Shown here: in pieces, positions 10,556 to 22,200 of the stretch
Layout: every line of letters starts with the position of its first letter
How positions within the stretch are numbered: position 1 is the stretch's first letter
DNA from: Psilocybe cubensis
Taxonomy: Eukaryota
Direction of reading: 5' to 3'
Assembly (NCBI GenBank): GCA_017499595.2
Contig: CM039005.1
Coordinates: 1,984,001 to 2,048,000, forward strand
DNA: 64,000 nucleotides
Notes under the pieces: model-generated
Database searches by the model: none
The model's input: only the letters and a program-made list of their open reading frames with translations
What the model was told of the DNA's origin: nothing
Translations under genes and position numbers: made by a program

Positions 10556-13090
10556 ATGGCAGCGGTTTTCATGGGACATCAACCACCCGTTAGGGTCCAC
10601 AGGACATACCCTCGCCTGTCTAGCGCTGCTTTTAAACGTCTCGCCATTTTGATTTTGGTGGGCTGGGCAGTGAAGACAGCCCTCTCGAGCTACAGCGATG
10701 CTGTTTTCCCGAACTCGCCTTTTGGATTTCGCTCTCCAGAGTCCGAAGCTGCTTCAACTGGTGGATTCGTCGTCGTTCATCCCAAATCAAGCGCTTCGAG
10801 CACCATCAATTATGGGAAAGGCTTCAAAGGCGGCGAGCAGAATTCTTTAGTCAACATCTCTGGTAAGTTTTCTCGCCCTCGCCCTGTTAATGAGCTCTTG
10901 TAGCTGACTACCGTTGATTAGCAGGTCAGCCCAACAACGCCTTGGTTAATATGTCCCCTGGCATCGGCTCAATTATTTTCGGACCCCTCCTGGATATTTC
11001 TAGTAACAAAGAGTATAGCACCCAACTAGGTGAGTAGGCAAGGGCGTCATCGTCTATGCTTTGTTGACATCGTCTCAAGGTACCAACGACTCTATCTCAC
11101 TCGGCGCCCCTGACATCCACAAACATTTCATGGATATTACCCAAGCCTCTCTCGCTGATGTACACGTTGTCGACGCCGCATTCATTACAAAAGATATCGC
11201 GAAGTATCTCACGTTCCGAACGGTTCTAGCCACACTACAACGCCTCAACTATTTCTCTGTTGACGAGTCCACCATGTACGATAGACTCGGTGGGTGCTTC
11301 GCTTCTAAGATTTTCTTTCTTATCTAAAGTAACAACAGATCATGGTGTCGATTCCCTAAGTCATAGAGGAGATCCCAACTCATGGAGCGTCGTTGTCTTT
11401 GCGCACCCTAGTATGTATCTAACCTGTTCACATACCCCAACCCCTTTAATTAACGATGACATTTTATAGCCTCTCCATTTGTCAACACCCGCAATAATGA
11501 ACCTTTCTTTGGTCAGACCAACAATGTCGTGATTGACATATCCCCTGGTATCGACTCAAACATTTTCGGACCCCTTCTAGATATCCTTAGTAACGAAATG
11601 AATGGCATCCAACAGTGTGAGTAGGAAAAGACATATGCTTGTTAGTATACTTCTAATACCACCACCGCAAGTTTCCAGCGACGCAACCCCACTCTGCGCC
11701 GCTGCCATTTCCAAAGCATCCTCTACCTTGTTCAGTCTTACCGAAGCACACATCATGGACGTTTCTCAAGCCTCACACGCTGATGTATACGTTGTCGATG
11801 CCACAATTCCTATCAAATATCCCGCAAATCTCATGCAATTCCAAAGGATTGTCGCCACACAAGAGTGCCTCAACCACTTCACTGTTGACGAGTCCACCAT
11901 GCACGATAACCTCGGTCGGTGTTTCATTCATCATATTAATTTTCCTGATCTAACGTAGCAACAGATCATGGTGTCGATTCCCTAAGTCTCAGAGGAGATC
12001 CCAAGTCATGGAGCGTCGTTGTCTTTGCCCATCCTAGTGTGTATTTAACGTGTTTACATACCCCAATATCTCATATTGACGACAATTCTATACAGCCTCT
12101 CCCTTTGTCTACCGAAGTAGCGCCTTCAGCGGGGAACACCTTTCTGTCAGTTCCCCTGCGCTGCCTGTGGACGTCGGTCGAGATGAAATGGATGGATCAA
12201 GACAGCTTAGCAACATTGACTGGAAGATTTACATGGCATTTGGACTAGGACTCGTCGCACTTCTAAGTCTACTCTTCAGACACCTCCAATACACCGTCGC
12301 AAAGCCACTGGCACCCGCACCCCGGCCAACCTTGCAGTACATACAATATGACTCTCTTTCCAGCTTTGGTCGCATGCAAGAACAGAAGCTCGATACTCTA
12401 TTCGAGTGTCGCTTCAGTGGATGCAAATGCGATCGATACATCGAGGTCTGGTACAGCAAGGTCACTATGGATTCTGTTAACAAGTTCCTCGCAAATGGCT
12501 GTCAATCTTTGTCAGAGCAATGGGGACAAGGATTCTGGGCCGTGTTATCTTCTGTGTTGGCTATTTTATCGGTAATTGTCGAGTTCATGGAGTGCTTTGT
12601 TATGCTTCTTTTCCTGGTGTACTCCTTCTATGGTCGATTTGAAGGTTATTTCATTGGGATCTTTAAGGTGAGAGGGTTCATTGTTGACCAAAGAACTATC
12701 TCATTTCGGCAATAGATAATCGCAGTACTTCTGTTACTTGGTGGTGCATCACTATATTTTAGGCAATTAACGACCGTCCAACGCCTCTTCAACGTCAATG
12801 GCAAGCGAAGGAAGAAACTACGCTTATCTTCTGTGTTGGCTATTCTATCGGTAATTGTCGAGTTCATGGAGTGCTTTGTTATGCTTCTTTTCCTGGTGCA
12901 CTCCTACTGTGGTCGATTTGAAGGTTATTTCATTGGGATATTTAAGGTGAGCGGGAAGTTCATATTTCACCTAGGAACTATCTCATTTCGGCAATAGATA
13001 ATCGCAGTCCTTCTGTTACTTGGTGGTGCATCGCAATTTTTTAGGCAATTAACGGTCGTCCAACGCCTCTTCAACGTCAATGCCAAGTGA
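10556..13090 (+). CDS. Orphan multi-pass membrane protein built from internally duplicated exons (10 exons, about 683 aa)
   Basis: Exons 10556-10862, 10925-11029, 11080-11289, 11339-11410, 11470-11616, 11672-11914, 11965-12036, 12096-12667, 12716-12946 and 12998-13090. All introns are GT..AG and 48-62 nt, and splicing gives a continuous frame. An alternative start at ATG 10472 is possible. Confidence 0.7.
12543..13090 (+). repeat. Near-identical direct tandem duplication of about 280 bp (2 copies) including an intron
   Basis: TTATCTTCTGTGTTGGCTATT...TCAACGTCAATG at about 12545-12800 is repeated at about 12824-13082. Confidence 0.9.
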
Positions 13091-13391
13091 ACGAAGAAAC
13101 GATGCAGACGTCATGGTATCTGTATGTGCCTTGTTCTTTGGGCACGTCCTGAACGTCTCTATATTCCCGACGTCTTCAAGATACACCTATCCGCACACGG
13201 TGAGAATCATCGACTTTGGCAGCAGTACAGGGGGTCAGGGGTTGAGAAACTCCCGGCATTCCATTGTCTGAGGAGATGACTCGCTGTCGCGTTGCCGTCT
13301 TGTCATGATAGTCACAAGCGCTGAGGTGCGTTTCTAATTCCACAGCAACTGCTTAATTTTCGTATTGATCTTCACTGGCTCTTCTTCTCAG

Positions 13392-14334
13392 GACGCTCCT
13401 CGTACTATTCTTTTATCGCTTCTACAACGAACATTATTACCACCAACTAGCAACATTATCACCAGCATCATCATTCTATATTTCATTTGGATGTTTTCCA
13501 TTGAAGCCTCTCAAGTCGATGTGTACGGTGTCAACCCCACAAGTCCTACCAACGATCCCGCAAATCTCATTCAAATCCAAATGACTGTCGCTACACAAAA
13601 GTGCCTCCACTACTTCACTGTTGACGAGTCCACCATGCACGATAATCTCGGTCTGTATTTCATTCATCGTATAAATCTTGCTGATCAAACGCAACAACAG
13701 ATCATGGTGTCGATTCAATTAGTCACAGAGGAGATCCCAAGTCATGGAGTGTCGTTACTTTGCCCAACCTAGTGAGTAACTAACCTGTTTGCATACTCCA
13801 ATCTCTCATATGAACGACAATTCGTTATAGCCTCTCCCTTTGTCTACCGAAGTAGCGCCTTCAGAGGGGAACACCTTTCTGACAGTTCCCCTGCGCTGCC
13901 TGTGGATGTCGGTCGAGATGAAACGGATGGAACAAGACAACTCAGCAACATCGACAGGAAGATTTATATGGCATTTGGACTAGGACTCATCTCACTTCTA
14001 AGGCTTCTCTTCAGACACCTCCAATGCACCGTCACAAACCCACCGGCACCCGCACACCGGCCAACCTTGCAGTACATACGATATGTCTCTCTTTCCAGCT
14101 TCGGTCGCATGCAAGAACAGAAGCTCGATACTCTATTCGAGTGTCGCTTCAGTGGATGCAAATGCAATCGATACATCGAGGTCTCGGGCACATCCTGAAC
14201 GTCTTTATATTCCCGACGTCTTCAAGACACACCCATCCGCACTCGTAGAGCAGCATCGACTTTCGCAACGGTACAGGGTTGACGAACTCCCGGCATCCTC
14301 ATTGTGTCGGGCGAGGAATGGTCTGACGAGATGA
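13392..14334 (+). pseudogene. Decayed partial third copy of the orphan repeat-exon gene
   Basis: It repeats the FTVDESTMHDNL exon, the DHGVDS exon (1-nt deletion near 13757 relative to the other copies) and the DVGRDE..IYMAFGLGL exon. It then jumps to a copy of the segment starting at 13140. Confidence 0.6.
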
Positions 14335-14689
14335 TTCACTGTCGTTTTGCCGCCTTGTCATGATAGTCACAAGCGTTGAGGTGCGTTTCTGATTCCACAG
14401 TGACTGCTTAACTCTTACATTGACCTTCTCTGGCTCTTCTTCTCAGGTCACTGCTCGCATTATTCTTCTATCCCTTCTACCATGAACACTATTACCAACA
14501 ACCATCACCATTATCACCAACATCGTTACCAGCAATGACTATTAGCAACATCATTACGAGCAGCATCATTCTAGATTTCCTTCTCCGTCACAATCCCTAT
14601 TCGCTGGTTACTGGTCTTTTCCCGGTTATGGATCTTCTCGATTCAGATTCCACTTCACCTTGCGACAACCTATATATCCTAGCCCGAGT

Positions 14690-15125
14690 ATGTGTTCCTT
14701 TATATTATTTCTTTTTCTTTTTCTTCCCCATCTTCTTCACCCATTACTATCTTCACATACACTTTTATTCTATTTCATTACTATCTCCTGTACACCTTTC
14801 ACCACTATATTCACATTTACATTTAATTTTTTTTCTATACCCATTTACAAGATCTACAACGCCCATATCTATTTTTCATCACTACCTTCTTCATCTACTA
14901 TGCCTCCTATTTTATTCCTACTATTACCATCTTCCACATCTACTAGACCTTCTATTTTTCTTTTTATGACTATCTTCCACATCTTCTAGACCTTCTCTTT
15001 GTCTTTCCATTACTATCTTCCACATCTACTGGACCTTCTTTTCATCTTTCCATGACTATCTTCTACATCCACTACATTTCTCTTTCTTTAAATCTTCATT
15101 ATATTTTCTTCTTTTTACTTTTTTT
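14690..15125. repeat. Pyrimidine-rich low-complexity tract containing about 4 copies of a roughly 43-bp unit (ACTATCTTCCACATCTACTAGACCTTCT...)
   Basis: The + strand is very G-poor. The unit recurs near 14925, 14969, 15013 and 15055. Confidence 0.8.
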
Positions 15126-15738
15126 CCTCAGAAAATTAATATGAAACCCGGTCTCCATACTTTGCCATTACTGTACTATTATACCCATGTTCATTATATA
15201 GTACTCATGGCTATGAAAGAAGTGTGGCCACCATGAGCCAAAAAATTTTATAATTTTATATAAAATGCTATTGCTATGATTCCTGAGTTGAACTGATATC
15301 GGTGAGATTTTTCCTATGTTATTTTATGCCCTCCTAGCATTTAGCGTGTTTCACAAGCTTCAAAGAGACAAAAAGATATGGTGTTCATGTATATATTGCA
15401 GGTGCTCAAGGTACACACATTGTAAATTCACTCGTTAAGCATGCCCATCATCTCGCACAACGTAGTAACGAAAGACAGGTCTTTACAAATTTGACTTTAC
15501 TATCGATTAGCAGCCATGATGCACTAGACTGATGCACAGAAACTTAATATCCTAATCATGGTTGTAACGGTCAATGACGTGATTCGAAAATCCTCGTTCC
15601 AGAGGTCTGTCGCCAGGTTCGAAGAAATAACTCGCAGTGCTTCCACACAAAGCTTTTGCGAAAACAACCAACGACGACACACTCGCGAAGGCACATCTTC
15701 GGCGGTTTGGGGTATTATGTCGATTTGCAAATTCAGTT

Positions 15739-16966
15739 TCAAGATAATTCCATCTTGTATGAATCCATCGGCGTAATAAGCTGGTCCAGTTGGCTATCGA
15801 GCTCCTTCATAAACTCGCTTGTAACTTCGGGATGCGGCTCAACATGTTGAAACGCAGAGTACGGGGGCAAAGGGGGCAGCTCGAACAATCGGCGTGCAAT
15901 CCTAACGCGGTCCATGTAGCCATCACGCAGAGCAAAGGTGCTTTGTGGTGGAAGGTAGGATCTGTCGAGCTGTAGGGCGTTGGAAATGTTTTCTATTGTT
16001 CCGTGCCGTCGAATGAGGTAGTATGCCTGGTCAGGCGTGAAGACGACGCGGTAGGGAAAGCTATTGCTACCAGGCCGAAGAAGTATCTCCAGGTCCATTA
16101 AAGTGATTTTGCTCATCCGGAGGGTACCGTAGATACTCTTTTTCGGGAATCCTACGACTTCTATGGGATCGGGTATCATTGGTAGCAGATTTTGAATAAG
16201 TGGGGCGCCGTATACCAATGCAGCCTAGACGGGGTATATTGTGTCAGAGGTTTACTGAACCGAATGTAGAGAATTCGGTCATACGGGGTTGTCACCTGCG
16301 ACATAGTCAGCATGTCCGCTCATAACAAGCGAGGAAGCCAAGGCCTCTGCTGAGACGGGCCTGGTCGATACGATACAGGGAATACCCATGCTACGTAAAA
16401 GTTTCATGCAATGCCGAAGATATGAAGATAAGGTGGACCTTTCTTCGTCGCGTCGAGCTTTTAACCACTCAGTTTTTGACTGGGAATAATCTGGAACTTG
16501 GCCTAGCGGAAGGATCTCCTATTGAATCCGCTCGTCGTTGTTGCGAGGTTGGACAAACAGTTCTGTCGCGTACCTTATGTGGTGCAAGTCTTTGTATCAT
16601 ATATTCCCAACCCCCATCAAAGACGCAAATAGCAGATACCCTATTGTTTGAAAGCTCCTTCGCCAGCGAGTACCATCCTAATATATGACTGTAAAGGCCA
16701 TAACCCGTCATACGACGAGAATTTATCATATATTGAGTGCCATCTCTGCGAGAGAGCGTAAGTTCACCAACACAGCAGATAAAATGAGACCTTACATGAC
16801 TATCCTCTTCCCTTTTAAAGATCCCAGTCGATTAGGTAGAGTTTCAAAGAGTGAGGGACTGGGTATCGATTATACTGTCATAGAGTCAAACAGTTCTGAC
16901 ATTCATTAGGGGTGAGATTACGCACGAGTATCTACGAAGCACTTTAATCAATTTCGAGCCGTTCAT
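15739..16966 (-). CDS. Divergent XPG/FEN1-family (PIN-like) protein with a degenerate active site
   Basis: Spliced product MNGSKLIKVLRRYS|PSLFETLPNRLGSLKGKRIVI|DGT...HILGWY...AICVFDGG...LLRSMGIPCIVSTRPVSAEALASSLVMSGHADYVAGDNP|AALVYGAPLIQNL...LIRRHGTIENI. This follows the XPG-N, XPG-I and H3TH-like order. Confidence 0.75.
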
Positions 16967-17563
16967 ACGGGGATATATGGTCAAACTTGAGAGACCAGCC
17001 TATACAAATGTCTACGAGGAACCAGCAAGGGTTCGCGAAGGTCAACGGTGGGTGAGCGAAACCACAAGTACACTGTCGAATCTCGCTGACGCGATGCTTA
17101 CACGTCCTGGGAATGACATGGCAAACTTGGATGCCCAGTGATGCCAAATATAGCTTGACTAATGACCGTGATGGCAGTGAGAGTCTCTTTCAAACCATCG
17201 TTGGCGTCATAGGTCAATGAGGTTGTTGGTCGTACTAAGCAGTTACGACTGATACCGTGTCCTCAATCTACCCACAAATGCAAAAGCTCGTCACAGTTCA
17301 GAGGACATCGACTCTGCTTTGCAATCGTCGTAAGTTCAGCAGAGCCCACGACCTCCTTTGTATTTCACAAGAAGCTTAGCAAGAGAACCCTATTAGCATG
17401 GCTTGACATCACAATCTCACGTGGGACTCTGCATTCGCAATTGCAATGGATCAATAAGACAGGACCGCGATACCTTATAAGTCGCAGATTCTACTTCGGT
17501 GCACCCATCAAGTCGCCCATTTTACAACCACGTCCAGAACCAAGACATCTGCATATTCGCGCC

Positions 17564-19004
17564 ATGACCACAGCCAGAGACACTTCCTCTCAATCAGACA
17601 TCAGCAAGATGAAGACAGAACCTGATGGCTCGTTCAAACGACAGGCCTCTTCCTTCCGTAACACGATTGAGAAAGGGGGGAAATTCCCTCCCGAGCAAGG
17701 TGAATGCTTTCAATAACGATGCATTTTGATTTTCGTCTCACACAGGCATTCAGATCGTTACCATCTTTATGTTTCTTATGCCTGTCGTGAGTCCAGCACA
17801 AACAAAGGTAACGAGGTAGATATGCTAACTGCATTTCCTTAGCATGGGCTACGAGAACTTTGATTGTAAGGATACTCAAAGGTTTAGAAGCCATTATTCG
17901 TGCGTTTCGTTCTTCCTACATCCCATAATTCCCCACTCAACATGTATGGTGACTTCAGCTGTTACTGTGGTATCTCCTCACATGGGAGCACATGGCTGGC
18001 CATTTGCGCAAGTCGATCCATTTCCCGCTGCAGACGAAGATCCGCTGTACAAATCCCAACACGTCAAGGACCTCTACCTGAAAGCCGATCCTGACTATTC
18101 TGGCCGGTACGTCTCACTCAGGTCGTTCCTAGCTCCCATCTCATTACATCCCTCAGCTTCACCGTTCCGGTCCTGTGGGACAAAAAGCAACACACAATCG
18201 TCAACAATGAGAGTTCAGAGATCATTAGGATTTTCAACACAGCTTTCAATGAGTTTTTGCCAGCTGAAAAGGCTGCTCTTGACTACTACCCGGAAGATCT
18301 TCGCGCTCAGATCGACGAGGTCAACGAGTGGGTTTATCCTAACATCAACAGTACGCCCCATCCGAATACTTGGATTCTACTGTTCCTAACTAAAATTATT
18401 GCAGACGGTGTGTACAGGTCTGGATTTGCCACCACACAAGAAGCCTACTCCAAGGCAGTTGTCGAAGTATTTGAAGCTCTTGATAAAGCCGAAAAGCTCT
18501 TGACTGGCAAAGACTATCTCATCGGTAACAAGCTTACCGAGGCGGACATCCGACTCTGGGTGACCATTGTGCGTATCTTGCCTTTCGCAATCCAGTAAAA
18601 GCCGACTGAAATTTTATCCATTCAAAAACATCTTTTAGATCCGATTCGATCCTGTATATGTCGGACATTTCAAGTGCAACATTCGCACCATCCGCGACGG
18701 TTACCCTGCCATTCACAGGTTCGTAAATTACACAAACTGTAGATTTCTCCATCAATCTTCCGCGGAAACTTATTGTTCTTCTCGTTAGATGGATGCAAAA
18801 ATTGTATTGGGAGAACTCGGCCTTCAAAGATTCAACAAACTTTGAACATATCAAGTCCCATTACTATTGGTCCCACACCTCGGTGTGTATCCAGTTTCTT
18901 TCTCATTCGCCATCTGTCATCTCTAATCCAATTATACACTGCGTTAGATCAACCCTACCCGGATTGTCCCTGTTGGGCCCATACCCAACGTCCTCCCATT
19001 GTAA
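17564..19004 (+). CDS. ECM4: Omega/Xi-class glutathione transferase (glutathionyl-hydroquinone reductase, Ecm4-like)
   Basis: [76 protein letters not shown] and [11 protein letters not shown] motifs. Confidence 0.93.
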
Positions 19005-19227
19005 ACAGTCTTTGATGTTGTGTATTTTGGATTAAGATTAAACCTGTAATGTAACCATATCGCCCAACATGTATCTAAAGTTGACATCTCATGAAATTCT
19101 CAAAATTGCTCGAAGTCAGACCATCCACAAAAAAATTATACATTCCATAAAACAATCTATAAAATCCAATAATAATTTAACAAGATTGGTCAAGCCAAAA
19201 AAGAACGAAAAAAAAGAATAATCATCA

Positions 19228-22200
19228 TTAAATTTCGTTGCGCAGCATAATGCTAAAGCAATGTTCGCAGTAAGGCTGGTCATCCCTCTGGAAGAACGAA
19301 GGGTTCTCAAACGGCTTGTGACAGCTCTATACAAAGTTACAAAAAAACCCAATCAGTAACAATCCCACAAAACAACCAGCAATGGGGAATTTACTCACAG
19401 CACAGACGAAACACGCCCAACACCATTTTCCTCCCAGCGCCTCAACTGCTTGGTCGCTGTCTCGAATGGATCTCTTGCATCGTTTGCATTTCGGGAGTCG
19501 GAGTCGTACGTGGCATGCCTCGCAGTAAGGGTAACCTTTGTACACCGTGAATCCCTCGAATTCGCCATCTCCGGTCACCGCGAGCTCCCCTATGCAGAAT
19601 ATTAAATTCGTATGTACATAACGCAGAAAGATAACAGGCGCTGAACTAACCTTGAGAATTGGTGGGCAATCCACCCGAAGGGGTTAGGAACGGATCACCA
19701 CACTCGGAGCAGAAGAAGTGTTGAGTATGGTAGGCCCTCTTTCCTAATGCAGGATCATCCAGACTGATAAACTGCTCTTCGACGATAGGAGTTTTGCACG
19801 AATAACATCTGGGTGCAAAGTTCTATTCAAGAAATAAATAACACGAAACAAACTCAGACATCAGAGGTTAGCTTTTTGTTTGACGGGACAAATGCTTACC
19901 TCATGGTAGTCCAGATGACAGTATGGCCGCCCGTCGTGTTCGTAAGAGCTGACATGTTCCAGCAGCTCGTTGCAGACAGTACATTTGAAACAGGCCGGGT
20001 GGTACCTTGAACCCATGGCACTCACGATGCGCCCGATAATAGGACCGTTGCATCCGCCGCAAATCAACCCACCCGCCCCGGGGCGGGATTGTCGGCCACC
20101 AAAGTCCGATCCTGTTTGTGGACGAGACTGAGGGGGTAGGGGTCGACTTTGTTGTTGTTGTTGTTGCGGGTGCTGGTGCTGATGTTGATTAAGGTCGTCG
20201 GGCCCAGAAATACTAATGCTCGGCCCATCGAAAGGTCCAGCTACACTAATCCCTGGTACCTCAAAGACCTGAATCTGAGGTGCCTGCGGCGCATTATTCC
20301 TCATTCTCGGCGACCCATTATCCACAGAATCGATGTTGATCATCGGTACACCACCCCCACCCCCATTTCCCATCGGCGACGAATTCACATTGATCATGGG
20401 AATTGACGGAGGAGCGGAATCGACTTGTATCCTGGGCGCGCCGCGATGATGCTCGTTATCGCTTCCGTCGTTACTGTCTTCCTCCATCTTGGGTATATCG
20501 GCTAACTTCTCTCGTCCTCCGATGGGATGAGGAGACTCGATACCTACGGTTGGAGGTGGCGCAGGGGTCTGCGGCTGCTGTCTTGGGACATTGAAAGGAT
20601 GGTTAAGCTGTGCGCTCGCGAACTGGGCAGAGCTCGCAGACGGAGGATGTGACCGCCCAATCTGATGATTATGCTGGTGCATTTGACTGTTCTGCACATC
20701 GTACACCTGGCTTTGAGGTCTTCGTGGCTTCGACATGTTATCATCCTCTTGGTGAGTTGATGCAGAAGGAGCGTTATACAGCGAGCGGCGTCGGGCAAGC
20801 TGCTGTGCGACTCGTTCTGCAGATGGTGGGAATGCCTGACTCTGGGGTCGCCCCTGAGGTTGGGGAAGTTCCCTTCTCTGACTGAGGGTATAACCAGTTG
20901 GACCGGGAGAAGGAGTTCGAACTACAGTCGCTTGAGGAGGAGGATCATCCAAGTCAAGATTAGTCCTGTGATTCTGTATGCGTTCGCGGTAATTGTTTCT
21001 GTTCACATCTCCCTGGCTTTGGTTTTGTCTGTTGCCAAAATTGGTCGGAGGATTGGGTATAGACTGGGGCTGAGGCTTGATGTCGAAGTATCCTCCGCCG
21101 TCATTCATCACACTGCCTGGAGTAGTGGCAGATCCTGGGGTTCTTGGTAATCGGGGAAGATCCACTGGCCAGGCGGATGAATGGGCGGACGAGTGTGCTG
21201 ATCCACGGCTATCGCTCCTGTTTCTATTTTCCTGACTATTCCCATTCATGTTCATTGAAGAGAACTGCATGGGCAAATTGTCGCGCGCAGAAGTTTGCCT
21301 CCGATGCTCGTCCGGATCGTAGTCGTCAAACTTGATAGGTGCGCTCTTCAGTCTCGGTCCTCCGCGAATCTGTCTATCTTGACTCGTCGTCGAATCCCGC
21401 ATCATGGGAGGCTGAGGCAGTCCAGTACCTTTCCCGTTCCCCATACCAACATTTTGATACCTACGTTCTGGCTGTTCATAATCCCACTCCCGTTCCTTGC
21501 CGTTTCTGTTGACTTGCCGCTCTGCGGTTACAGGACGCCTTTGCCGGTATTCCTGCTCTTCTTCTTCCTCACTGGGTTCTTCATATCTATTACCGTACCG
21601 TGACGCCGGTGCTGCGCGCGAATCAGATCCAGACCCAGCACGTCGATTGGCAGGCTTCAGATCACGAATGCCGTATTGAGGACTGGAAGTTTCGCTGCGC
21701 TGAGCTTCACGGGCAGCGGCGGCTCTTCTCTTCTTCATCGCCTTTTGCTTCTTCAACCATTCCAACTCGCTGTCATCCTCCTCCTCTTCCTCGTCGTCGT
21801 ACGCCAACCTGAGGCTGATATCATCTTCCTCCTCCTCCTCTTCCTCTTCGTACCTGCTCTTTCCTTTCCTCGTAGGCGCCGACCCAGCAAACGCCGACCC
21901 CGATCTTGGCCTCTGCTCCCGTTCGCTAGGCTCTCGTCGATGTCTGGCAATATCGCGCTCCTCAAAAGCGCTCCGGGAACGCTCATGCTTCAACCTCCTC
22001 GCCTCCAATATCTGACGCTCGCGCTCGTGGATGGCATTCTTCTTCTTCGGCGTGCGCTCCAAATCAACTTCCTCTTCTTCCTCGTCCTCCAGCGTAGACC
22101 TCGCGAGTGCCTTTGCTTTGGGGCGTAGTTTGGTTTTAGGAGAGGGATTTTCATCTAGCTCCATCCTTCGAGGAGCAAGTTTGGGCTTGATCTTGGCTTT

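Noticed and set aside
14535-14989. Hydrophobic ORFs of 109-144 aa
   Set aside because: These are a by-product of the G-poor, pyrimidine-rich repeat tract and show no independent coding evidence.
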